This document shows, piece by piece, positions 1 through 12,931 of a stretch of DNA of 64,000 nucleotides (position 1 is the first letter of the stretch; every line of letters starts with the position of its first letter). This stretch comes from Azolla caroliniana. Its lineage: Eukaryota; Plantae; Polypodiophyta. The position numbers and the translations under genes are program-made. The stretch lies in assembly GCA_043228905.1 (NCBI GenBank), contig JBHGNT010000009.1, positions 12,710,001 through 12,774,000 of the forward strand, written 5' to 3'. The notes under the pieces were generated by a model that was not told where the DNA came from, ran no database searches, and saw only the letters and a program-made list of their open reading frames with translations.

Positions 1-1064
1 GACATAGAGAAGGCCAGAACAGAAATGGCCAAGTTGGTCATAGAAGGACCACATCAATCGGAACCGGTGACCCCGGTAACTCTATAGAATGATCAAACGC
101 CGATGATGGCGGCAGGCCCGGATACTCATAAATCCTCAGCACAAGAACTCGCCACACTAAGGGAAGACCTGGCAGCACAAGAAGCCTTATGAGCCAGGGA
201 ACGAGAATTGAAAAAAGTGGCGGAGAAGGAACAAAGGAGAACGGTCGACAACCTCCGCCGAACAGAGGAAAGCTTGAGAAGAGGTCATCAAGCGTATGAC
301 TGACTGAAAGAAGAGAAAGACAAACTCCTGTAAGAAAAAGAGAAACTCCAGAGGACGGCAGAAGTGGAGATTGAGCGCCTCAAAAAAGAGCTCTGGCAAC
401 AAAAAGATCGTGAGGACCGTGCTCGCCGGCTTATCAATCAAAAGCTCAAACAAAAAACCGACGACTTCGACTGACTGCACCGGGATTATAAGCATTTGGA
501 TGCCGATCATAAGAAATTGACTACTGAAAGTGACCGGCCGTAGGAAAAGTGCAGAGAACTCCGGGAGGAAGTTAACCGGTTGACGGCAGCATTGATGGAA
601 GAGTAGTCGAAGGGAGCCGAAGTAGCGAACAACTAGCGGCAGTAGGGAAAGAGCGATTGGACCTGCAAGTGCAACACCATGAGGAAACGGAGTGCGCTAC
701 AATGACTCTAAATAGAGTTCAGACGACATATCAGACCCAACTCATGCACTACAGAAGCCAAGAAGTGGCAACCGCGAGCCTGATCAAACAATTGAAGGAC
801 GAAAAACAGGTCGCGGAAAACAAGACAAAGATGGGGTTGGGGCGGATCCAGGACATCGTACTGGCATGGAGGAATCGAACGAAGCAATTGGTGGAAGAAA
901 GCTCAGTACAGTGGTGGTCGAAGTGGGCTAAGCAGGCACCAGAGCTATAGTTGTTGCAAGCAGATGTAGAAAACCAGTGGAAAGAGGGCGACAAAGTTTA
1001 CATCCTTGATAAAGAAAGTGTAAAGAATCAAGAGATGGATTCTTGTGAAGCGGAATAGGTGTGA

Positions 1065-1108
<44 letters not shown>

Positions 1109-1647
1109 AGATAGACAGACAGACAGACAGAGTATACGCAAGATTAAGTATATTAACAAAGGAGAAAGACACGACACTATACAAGGTGGGAGGAGGGTGC
1201 TTTATGTAGTCACCCTCTCTCTTCATTAACAACAAGACTCATGGAGCATGGGGAATGTGAAAGCTCATAAGTTATGTGTCATAGAATATGATTCTATGAC
1301 TCATACTAAATGCTAGAATACAAAGAGGTGACATAATGGCGACTCTTGACCATTGGAGTGTCTATTCACTCTCAAGGTGAGTTCACACACTAGACCAAGT
1401 TGAGCTTGATTCTCAACATGCCCCCTCAAGCTCAAGTCAGGTCGGTTTCAGACGGTATCCGAAATCCGCTTTGACTTGCGTTCCGAAGTCCGCGTCAACT
1501 CGCTTTTATGCAGAGTTGCGGAATCCATGCTCCAGCTTGCGTTGTGTATAGTTGCGAAGTCTGTGCTTCGGCTTGCGTCTTTCTTCGCGGCTTTGCGCGG
1601 TAGATCGGCTCTTCGCTGCTTCGTTGCGTGGTTGCGTAATCCACACG

Positions 1648-4600
1648 TTATTGTGTAATGTCTTCAGTACTCCCTCTCAAGCTTGGCAGGTCAGGGATCG
1701 TCAATCCGAGATCGGTCATTAATTGCCACAGCTTGTCAGCTCCTAGGGCTTTAGTGAAGATGTCGACCGTTTGAAGATTTGTGCTAATGTGTTGTAGGTC
1801 GACATCACCAGCTAGAACGCGCTCTCGGATGAAGTGATAGTGCACTTCAATGTGCTTTTTCTGCGCGTGGAACACCGGGTTCCATGCCAGATAGATACTG
1901 CTCATGTTGTCGCAGTAAAGGGAAGTCAGATCCTTGATGGATACACGCCCAGATCCTTGAGTATCCTTTTGAGCCATACGGTTTCACACATACCTACGGC
2001 TACGCCCCTGTATTCCGCCTCCGTACTCAAAAGAGCGACGGTCGGGTGCTTCTTACTACTCCAGGATATTGCTCCGCTGCCGAGGGAGAAAACAAATCCG
2101 GAGGTTGATCTTCTATCGGCTTTGTAGCTGGCCCAATTGGCGTCTGTGTACCCCTCGAGTCGTATTGGCATCGCGGTCTTGTAGAGGATGCCGCAATCCA
2201 TTGTGCGGCTCACGTACCGTAGAACTCGCTTAGCGCAATCCAAGTGAGTATCACGCGGTGTTTGCATGAATTGACTAAGGAGACCGACTCGATAACTGAG
2301 ATCGGGTCGAGTGATCGTGAGGTAGATGAGACTCCCGATGAGTTGTCGATACTGAGTCAGCTCACACGCTTTGGTGCCGGAGTTCGCATCTAGTTTGAGG
2401 TTACGATCGAGCGGGATTGCCACAGATTTGCACTTAGCCATACCGAACTTGTATAACAAGTTGAGAATGTAGTGCCGTTGAGAAATCATGATTCTGGCCA
2501 GAGTCCAAATTAGCTCGATGCCGAGGAAGTAGTGGAGTTCCTTCATGTTCGTCATCTCGAACTTGTCGGAAAGGAGGGATTTGACCTTATTGATTTCGAC
2601 GAGATGCTCACCTCCAATGACTAGGTCATCCACATATAAGATGATGACGATCGGACTTGCGGAATCGCTTCGTATGTAGAGGGAGTTGTCCGATTTTGAC
2701 ATACGGAAGCCGATTTGATGAAAATATTGCGTTATCTTCGAATGCCAAGCACGCGGTGCTTGCTTGAGGCCGTAGAGTGGCTTCTTGAGTCGGCATACAG
2801 CTTTCGGATGGGTGCTCGAGTTGAAGCCGGGTGGTTGTATCATGTACACCTCCTCTTCTAATTCGCCTTGTAAAAAGGCGTTCTTGACGTCCATTTGATG
2901 GAGGTGCCACCCTTTCGCCGCGGCAATCGCAATTACGATCCGTACCATCGTCATCTTTGCCACCGGGGCAAAGGTCTCTTCGTAGTCGACACCATGTGTC
3001 TGAGTGTATCCTTTCGCTACAAGTCGAGCTTTGTAGCAGTTTACGGAGCCATCGACGTTATACTTCACTTTGTAGATCCATCTGCATCCGATCGCCTTTT
3101 TGTGTGGTGAGGTGGAAACGAGATCCCACGTCTCATTCTTCCGTAGTGCCTGCATCTCCTCGTTCATTGCTTCGATCCATCGTGGGTCCTTCGTGGCTTC
3201 CGAAAATGTTTCCGGCTCCCGTACTATCACTACCTTCATCATAAAGGCGTAATGGTACGCCATATAATCGTTGTAGCCAAATCGGCTTACACAGGTGGAT
3301 CGACGGAGTTTTTCATTTGTAGAGATGAGGGCTTTCTTAGCTCCGATTGGTACCTCGAAACCGCCGAACTCACTGTCGAGTGAGTGAGTCGACTCATCGC
3401 CGTTGAAGCGATTGTCTTCGTATTCCGACATTTTCGCCTTGCCTTTGTCCATCTTCGGGCTAGGCCGTGAAGTGCTTTGATCGCTCAAAGGCTCTTGTGG
3501 TCCGCTCAATTGGGTCGTGATCGGACTTTCTTCGAATATGCGCGTAAGGCGATCTTCATCCTCGATCTCTTGTTCGGTGAATTCCGGGTTGAGCGGAGTC
3601 GGAGTCGGAGTTGTCTCTGGTGCGTACCAGGATGCGAACTCGTCAAAAACGACGTCTCGACTTACTCGAGATTTTCGAGTTGAAGGGTTGTAGCACTTGT
3701 ACCCCTTTTGCTCCAGTGAGTATCTTATGAGGATACATTTCTCCGACTTCGGGTCGAGCTTTTGACGCTTCTCGTTGGGGATGTGCATGTACGCAATGGA
3801 GCCAAATATCCGAACATGTGATAGGTTCGGCTTCTTTCCGAAGAATCTTTTGTGTGGAGTGACCTCGTGCACGCCAGATGTTGTGCACCGGTCCATTAGG
3901 TAGACGGTCATATTTGCAACTTCGACCCAATAAGACTTGGACATATGCTTCTCATTCATCATTGCCAGCGCTACTTCAAGGATGTGCCGATTTTTGCACT
4001 CGGCTACCCCGTTTTGTTGCGGAGTGTGTCGGCAAGTGAATTCTCGCCGAATTCCTTCCTTTCGGAGATACGCCGTGAAATTGTCCGAGAAGTACTCCTT
4101 GCCGCCATCCGATCGAAGACAACATACATGTCGGCCCGTGACTTTCTCGACTTCATTCTTGAATTTTTGGAAGTGTCCGAACACTTCGCTCTTTTGCCGC
4201 ATCGGATAGATCCAAGTGTGCCTAGAAAAGTCGTCGATGAAGAGCATGTAATATCGGCATCCGCCGAATGTCGCCGTTTGAGCCGAGCTGGACCCCATAC
4301 ATCGGAATGAATTACGTCAAGTACGCCTTTGCTCACGTTCCGCTCCTTCAGAAATGGGTGTCGGTGTTGCTTGCCGAATTGGCACGCTTCGCATACACCT
4401 TCAATCTCCTTCTCTTTGAATGTCAAGAGTCCAATGACGACTCCTTTCAATTTCATTGCTTTGAGTTTGTTGAGATTGATATGGCCGATTCGCTTATGCC
4501 ATAGCTCTATGTCGGAGTTGGCTTTCGTGCTTTTCGCGAACATGGCGGATTTCATCTCGTGCGAATCGAGAATGAACGTCTGGCCCTCTCTTCTTCCGTG

Positions 4601-5907
4601 TGCGATGATTCGGCCTTCTTTTTCGATGAAGCACCCTTCTTGGTTGAATCGTACTTGCATCCCTTGCTCAACCATTTGGCCGACCGAGACCAAATTCTTC
4701 GTGATGGTGGGAACATGCAAGACATTTTTAATGTATGTTTGCTTACCTCTTTTGCCCAACGGAACATTGCCGATGTGCCGAATCGGGTGCGTAGTGTCAT
4801 CTCCGGTTTCGACATAACCGGGTCGCTCCGGCTCTCGAAGTTCGAGAAACCATTCTTTATGGGATGTCATATGGTTTGAGGCTCCGGAGTCAACAAACCA
4901 TACGTCCTCTGGATTGAGGGCACTAGTTGAGGTAGAGGCCGACATAGAGTTTGCTCTATGTTTCATCATGAACATTCCGCCACGGTCGGAGGTGCATGCA
5001 TACATTGCGCCACGATCTTCGTAGTCAGAGTTGTTCCCGTACATTCCACTATACTCTTCGTAGTCGGAGTTGTGCATGTAATTCGTGAGTTGTCGGCTTG
5101 TGGAAGCCCATTCACACATCTTCTTTCGGCACTCTTCTTCGTGGTGGCCGAGCTTTCCGCAATATCCACATTCGGTTGCGTTTTGACAGCTCGGGCTGGA
5201 GTGGAAGCTCCCCCTTCTTGCGAAGGTTCCTCGTTGGCCTCCGTTTTGCGGCTGAAACTGGGAGTTGTTGTCGTAGGTCGGACCTCGTCCGCCTTGTCCT
5301 TGGCCGAATCGGCCTCTCGCTCGTCCGCGTCCTCTTCCTCCATTAGAGTGCGTGTAGAGCATGTGGCCTTCCGACTCATTGCTCCTTGTACGCACGTGGT
5401 TTTCTTCGACCAATAGCATTGATTGGAGCTCGAAGAAGGAGGGAGATTTCTCCCGTGCTAGAACGGCGGTTCGCATCGTGCCGAACCGTGGTCCGAGGCC
5501 GCCAAGGCATATTTGCACCATCTCATCATCATCTATACTTACGCTTATTGAGCCAAGCGAGTTGCAAAGCTCCTTGATCTTCAAGGTGTATGTCGTGATG
5601 GACATGTCCCTTTGTTTAATGTTGTTCAACTCTTGGCGGAGTTGAAGCTTCCTCGCGGTCGTGTTGGCGGCGAAAATCTTTCGTAGATTTTCCCACGTGT
5701 CCTTCGGCGTCTTGGCTTCTCGAATGTAACCAAGCATGTGGTCGTGAACACATGTTGCCAAAGAATACATCACGCAGCTTCCGGCTTGCAGCTTGCTCCC
5801 ATGTCACGTATCCGGGAGCCGCTTCGGCGGGTCGGTCTTCATGCGCTCCTTTGATGTAGCTCCAATAGCCTTGTCTGACAAGGTATTGGTGCATCTTGTA
5901 CTCCCAA
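1648..5907 (-). pseudogene. Copia gag-pol (frameshifted): gag/CCHC, protease, integrase, RT, RNase H. The gag N-terminus lies at ~12937-12998, beyond the nested insertion.
   Basis: CGYCGKLGHHEEEC knuckle, WFVDSGASNHM protease, WHKRIGH, RSDGGKEY/PQQNGVAE integrase, QMDVKNAFL/LYVDDL RT and KHIEVHYHFIRE RNase H, split over ORFs 4004-5773, 1926-4298 and 1648-1977. Confidence 0.95.
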
Positions 5908-8900
5908 TGTTACAGGCATGACCATATAATATCCCGTGGTAAGAATTTACCGTAGTATTCTATACACGTGGATAAGTGTGAGGGTTAAATGAGAGTGTAA
6001 AGAAGGGGAGGATTACTTTTAATCCTCGGGATTGAGACAACCCATTAGGTCAAGTGTGAACTTGCTTGGGGGCCTTGGGTATCGCTATAAATAAGAGGCC
6101 TAGCTACCCTCATTTGATCATCTTTTGACTACATCGAGACTCTGCTCGTGTGGTGGGTCAACTCTTGTAGCGAGCGCACCAGCACCAGGTACGACTCGAC
6201 GCCACGGCGGTGGTATGGGACGCCAATCGAGGCTCGAGTCCGTCTCGATCCCTTCGCTCGGGGGTGGTCGGGTGGACCGGCACCCTTCTTTCTCTTTCTC
6301 CTTTCTATCTTTCATTTCTTTATCCTTATCTTAAGCTTACTTTAGTACTAAGATCTATAATATTTGGTATCAGATTTTTGTACTAATGTTTCTTTGTTTT
6401 TCATTTGTCTTTTGATTAATGCTGATCGATCGTTGTGCGGTTGGCCTTGATCCAGACAACGATCAACAAAGAACTTCGGTAACTCTTTCCATAATTTTTC
6501 TTTCTATTCTCTCTTCTCCCATCTAATCATGTGTTTAGTTTATATGTAATTTTTTTTCATTAAGTCAATGATGTTGTAGTGGTCTTTAATTGATTATCTA
6601 AAACGTTTACATATGTGCACGAGGTCAATACCTCGTTTGACATATTAATAATATGTGATGAGTGTCGTATGCGTACGAGGTTAATACCTCAATTACGTAT
6701 TACGTTCACAAACATATGTTACGTTTGCGTATGAGTTTGATACCTTGATTTGTTGTAAACGATATGCGTTTGGTCTCGTATGCGTAAGAGGTCAATACCT
6801 CCATTGCGTATTACGATGATCTCTTATTTGTGGATGTTTCGTGTGCGTAGAGGTATATACCTCGATTACATATCTCGATCACATCATTTGTGGCTATTTA
6901 CTATAACGATATGTTTAATATAGGCATATGTGGTCACTCACATATATACGTATTTGATCGTATATATGTGAAAAGTAAACATATGTGTATATTCGTTATT
7001 ACGTGATTATGTCGAAAGTTGTCATGGTCGGGAAAAGGATGTTGGTGGCCGTCCTCACATTTTTGTGAGAATGGCGTTGTCACCATCCCTTTTTCAACAA
7101 TTTTTTATTGTTGATAACCCCGTTGATGACCTCGATTTCGTTACGTAAAGAAACGCCAATAGCCATAATGATGTTGAGTACGTAGGGCTTGACCCACTTC
7201 AAGTGAGGTCGCTCCAATGACGCACGTATCCAACATCCCTCCCTCGTTACATGGATACGATGCCACCATGAGCTCGTTCTTACGAGAGGCATTCGTAATG
7301 ACGTGACCATGTGATGGCCCACGTGAGCCTACTACGAAACAAGGGCTCATTTGGCTTCACCATTAGGTTGCACTTTGGCGTATGCCATCGTAATTACGAG
7401 ACTTGAGGATAGGTAACGTACCAACATAGTTTTGGTAAATGAGGGCGAAATAAGGACCCTTGACATATATGTTCTTTTAAAAAAACATATATGATCAATT
7501 GCCTCGCATATCTCTTATACGCATCAAACATTAAGCATTCGAGAAGAGCAACTTACTTGGTTGGCTCAAGTGTTTAATGTATTTGTTCTCGAGGTCTCGA
7601 GTTCAAATATGACCAAGACCATACAACATCCTTGATACATATGACTATAACACATGTTTAGACTTAATGTCTAAGTGCACCTCGGGGTCCTCGTAATAGG
7701 ACTTAAAGAGCCGAAACCACTTATGTGGGCACCGAAACATAGTTTATTGTTAACATTTTTTTTCGTGTATAAACTATTCATGACGCGAACATACATGGTT
7801 GAGCCTCAGGGAGCCACCATGAAAAAATCGATATAGAGATCAGGGAAAGACATTTATTTGTCACCCCCATGGTTTTTAAAACACCTTTGTGTTACCATAG
7901 TAACCTGATCTTGAACCTCATCTCATACGTCTAGAGGGGTATTGACGTGAGATAATGATATCGATTAATGCTCGCCCATGATATGTTTACATCACGACAT
8001 GATGTTATGACTATCTCTCTGACCTTATCCTATTTCTTTTCCAGAAATAATCTTTAATGGCTCAAATTAACGACCCGATGTCATCCGCTCAAGCAGAAGG
8101 AACTCAAGGGAATCCTCCTGGACAAATGTCCACTGAGATGTATTTGGCACAAATAACCCAATACCTTAGTTTCACCGCTCAACATATGACCGAACTTCGG
8201 CAATCTCAGAGTGCTCTTGAGGCACGTGTCATTAGTCTACAACGTGAGACTAATAGACCTGATGAGCGACAAGGTGAACCATCATTTGTCGTTAAGCCAT
8301 TTACCGGAGACAAAAAGGAAAGAACCGAAGAAGCAATCTGCACATGGCTGGGACGATGGGAGTCTCATTTTGAGCTCTATCCCACGCCAGATAGTACGAA
8401 GATTGCATATGTCGGCCGAGAACTCGGGGGTAAGGCCGCTGCCTGGTGGCGTGGGCTCCGTACTATGGGGAAATTGCCCGATACCTGGACAGATTTTGTC
8501 ACAGTTTTTAAGGGCCAATTTCTGCAACCTCCCTCTCGAACTGAGGCAGCACAAGCTTTAATGAACCTCTCTAGCAGGAAATTTTCCTCGCTAGAAGACT
8601 ATGTTCACCATGCTAGAACCCAAATCCAAAAATCGGGTCTAGAAGGGGACAATTGGTTGATAGCTTGTTTTGTCAATGGCATCCCCAATTCGGACTATCA
8701 CTGGATAGTGCACGATAAGGATCCAAAATCCTTCGAAGAGGCTGTTGAAATAGTTCTTCGCTATCAACGCACTTCGAAGAAGGACCATAACAAACCCAAC
8801 GAAGCGCCCGGGACTAAGCAGTCGCAATTTGTTGGGAAACGCAAGACACCCAACGAATTCCTGGATCGCGATTGTAAGCGACAACATCCTTTTTGTGTAT

Positions 8901-11900
8901 TCTGCAAAAAGAAGGGTCATACAAAAGATCAATGTCGAAAGCTCCAACGAAAAGAGCACGACAACAAAGCTAAAGCTGCAGACCATAAAGGTCAGATTCC
9001 TAATATCCTTCAGGTCTATACACATCATTTAAGTAATTGTCAATGTTCTTTCCCTCACTATGTATTGGGTCCCAATGATTTACTACGTGCAAACGGGTAT
9101 ATCAATGGATCTCCTGTACAATTTTTATTTGATTCGGGAAGCTCACACAATTTTGTGAATGATCGTTTGGTTCAGATATGGGGAATCCAACCCACCGTAA
9201 GTGATCACACCTACACGGTGCACTTGGCTGATGGAAGAGTACAATACATCAACGGGGCGATTCATTCATTAGGAATTTTTATTGATACTTATATAGAGGA
9301 AGTAGACTTCCATGTTATGAATCTTTGTACCACCGATGTAATACTGGGTTATCCCTGGTTTTATAATAAAAACTCTTCTTTATTGATTGATTGGGTTCGT
9401 CATTCCATTTCTTTTGTACTGAACGATTGTACGCATTTTATTCAATGTGTAAAAAAACAATCCCTCTCGATTGTTTCCTCGTGTTCATCAATATCCGAGT
9501 TGTCTTGTTCTACGTTATTTTATTGTGTACTTGATCCGGACATTCACGTTTACAATATCGATAATGTCCCGATTCAATTAACATATTTTGAACAACAACA
9601 ACTTGATGAAATCTTAAATGATTTTCATGATGTTTTTCCAAGTGAACTACCTGATGGGTTACCTCCTAAACGTAATATAGACCATCGTATAGATATTGTA
9701 CCTGGTGTTGCACCAATAAGTATACCTCCGTATCGCTTAAGTCGATCCGAAGAAGATGAGGTATCTAAGCAACTCAAGGACTATTTACGAATGGGTTATA
9801 TACGTTATAGTAAATCTCCATGGGGTGCACCAGTTCTCTTGGTTAAAAAGAAAGAGGGCACATGGCGTATGTGTATTAATTACCGACGCTTGAATAAAGT
9901 GACGATCAAGAATTCGTATCCATTGCCTCGGGCTGACGATCTAATTGACCGTCTCCAGGGAGCTCGGTATTTTACGAAACTTGATCTCCGTACTGGCTAC
10001 CATCAAATACGAATAAGTGAGGACGATGTTCCTAAAACGACATTTCGTACGCGTTATGGCCATTACGAGTTTTTGGTTATGCCTTTTGGTTTGACCAATG
10101 CTCTGGCTACTTTTCAACAAGAAATGAATGACATTTTCCGAGAACAACTTGGAAAATTTGTCGTTATTTTCTTGGATGATATTTTAGTTTATAGTCGTAC
10201 ATTACAAGAACATGCTAGACATGTCCGCTTTGTTTTACAAACATTGCGTGACAAACAGTTTTATGCGAAGATCTCAAAATGTGAGTTCTTTAAGAAATCA
10301 ATTACTTATCTAGGACATCTCATAACCGAATGAGGAGTTGAAATTGGTCCTTCTCGCATTGAGAAAATCAAGCTTTGGCCCACTCTTCGGAATATTCGAG
10401 AAGTTCGATCATTCCTTGGTTTTGTGGGGTTTTTGCGAAAGTCTCTTCGTAATTACTCCCAATTGACGACGCCGTTTACTGATCTTTTAAAAGGTCAAAC
10501 GCGTAAGTCTACAAAACCTATTGTGTGGAATGCTACACTAGACCTTGCCTTTAAGGAACTCAAGGACCTGGTTTGCAAGGCTCCTTCACTTCTTTTACCC
10601 GATCCTTCAAAACCTTTTGAGGTTGAAACCGATGCAAGCGATTATGCTATAGGTGCTGTCTTGTATCAAGATGGTAAACCAATAGCATTCGAGAGTAAGA
10701 AACTTGATTCTGCTCAATGTCGGTATACTGTTCAAGAAAAGGAATTATTTGCAGTTATACATGCGCTCAAAACATGGCGCCATTATCTTTATGGAAATCA
10801 CTTTGTGGTAACTACGGACCACGAGTCCTTGAAATATTTTTGTGACCAACAAGACCTGAAAGGTCGTAAGGCACGATGGGCTGATCTCATCCAGGACTTT
10901 GATTTTTCCATACGATATCGTAAAGGTTCCATGAATACTGTCGCTGATGCACTAAGTCGCATCCGTGAAGGTAACATGCTTAGCTTCACTGCAATATCAT
11001 CAGATCTTTATGATCACCTTCGAGGAAAGTATCCTGATGACAGTTATTTCGCAAAATACTGGGCAAGAGTTGACTCTGGAACAGACACCACCACATCCTC
11101 GAAGGAATACTTCCACATTGCTAACGGTTTGCTCTACCGTAATGGGAAGGTTTGTGTTCCAGATTTACCCGAGGTCAAAAAGAGGATTCTTTTTTAATGC
11201 CATGATGCACCCTCAGCAGGGCACCCTGGAATACATCGTACACTCGTTCTCATCTCCACTCAATTTTATTGGCCTAAGATGCGTCCTGACATACATAGCT
11301 ATGTGACTAAATGTCACCAGTGTCAGGTTAACAAAGCCGAGCGACTTAAAGCCACAGGACTTTTACATCCCCTGGACATTCCCAATAATAAGTGGGAAAG
11401 TATATCCATGGATTTTATTGTTAGCCTTCCTCGCACCCAAAAAGGTCATGATGCCATCTGGGTTGTTGTTGATTGACTAACTAAAATGGCCAGATTTATT
11501 GCTACTAAAACCACGGTAACAGCTCCTGAATTGGCTTACCAATTCGTTGACGAATTGTTTCGTTTTTATAGGTTACCGATGGATATCGTGAGTGATCGAG
11601 ATCCAAAGTTTACTAGTGACTTCTGGACACAAGTCTTTAAGAAGTTAGAAACTACGTTGAGCATGAGCTCCACGGATCATCCTCAATCCGATGGACAGAC
11701 AGAACGAGTAAATCAAATTATTGAGGACATGCTTCGAGCATACGTTGGTGCAAAACCAACAAAATGGGAACGTTATCTCCCTATTTTGGAGTTTGCTTAT
11801 AACAACTCCAAGCATACGTCGACGGGATATAGTCCTTTTATGTTGATGTATGGTTTTCAGCCACGAGCCCCGATTGATGTTAATATACATCATGATGAGT

Positions 11901-12931
11901 TGCGAAGTACGCAAAACTTTCTTCGGGATATGCAAGATATGTTGCATATTGCACGAGATAATATAAAAACAGCTCAAGATAGAGCGCGTTTTTATGCCGA
12001 TCATCATAGGCAACCTCATGTATTCAACCTTGGACAGAAGGTATTTTTACGTGTACCTCACAATTCTAAGACATTGTCTACGGGTAAGTGCGCTAAGTTA
12101 GCCCCACGGTTTTGTGGACCTTTTACAGTCCTCAAACGCATTGGGTCATCAGCCTATCGTCTCGCTCTTCCCGATGGTGTCGGAATTCATCCAGTCTTTC
12201 ATGTGAGTCGTCTAAAAGAACTTCTAGGTTCTGGCGACAATACAGTTACGACTGAAACTCTGGTTACTTCTGAAGAATTATCTTCTAAACCACATGTACC
12301 AGAAAGAATTCTCGATGTTAAAACAAAAAAATTACGTACTAAAGAAATCCGAGAATTCAAAATAAAATGGATGGATAAATCAATAAAAGATGCCACATGG
12401 GAACGTGAAAATACTCTTAGAACTAACTTCCCTAACTTTCCATTGCAAGAGTGCAATGTTTTAAAGAGGGGGAGTATGTTACGGGCATGACCATATAATA
12501 TCCCGTGGTAAGAATTTACCGTAGTATTCTATACACGTGGATAAGTGTGAGGGTTAAATGAGAGTGTAAAGAAGGGGAGGATTACTTTTAATCCTCGGGA
12601 TTGAGACAACCCATTAGGTCAAGTGTGAACTTGCCTGGGGGCCTTGGGTATCGCTATAAATAAGAGGCCTAGCTACCCTCATTTGATCATCTTTTGACTA
12701 CATCGAGACTCTGCTCGTGTGGTGGGTCAACTCTTGTAGCGAGCGCGCCAACACCAGGTACGACTCGACGCCACGACGGTGGTATGGGACGCCGATCGAG
12801 GTTCGAGTCCGTCTCGATCCCTTCGCTCGGGGGTGGTCGGGTGGATCGGCACCCTTCTTTCTCTTTCTCCTTTCTATCTTTCATTTCTTTATCCTTATCT
12901 TAAGCTTACTTTAGTACCAAGATCTATAATA
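5908..12931 (+). mobile_element. Full-length Ty3/Gypsy chromovirus-type LTR retrotransposon inserted in the Copia gag
   Basis: 455-bp LTRs at 5908-6362 and 12477-12931 (I count ~9 transitions between them). 5-bp TSD CCCAA at 5903-5907 and 12932-12936. PBS TGGTATCAGA at ~6365. PPT AAAGAGGGGGAG before 12477. Confidence 0.97.
8057..12490 (+). pseudogene. Single-frame gag-pol of the chromovirus with three in-frame stops; C-terminal chromodomain
   Basis: [63 protein letters not shown] (GPY/F) and the chromo-like ERILDVKTKKLRTKEIREFKIKW...ATWE. Stops end at 10333, 11197 and 11476. Confidence 0.93.

Noticed and set aside
6610-6875. CRISPR-like array (palindromic repeats with variable spacers)
   Set aside because: The repeats are degenerate, lie inside a plant retrotransposon leader and have no cas genes nearby. 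Reported as an RNA hairpin array instead.
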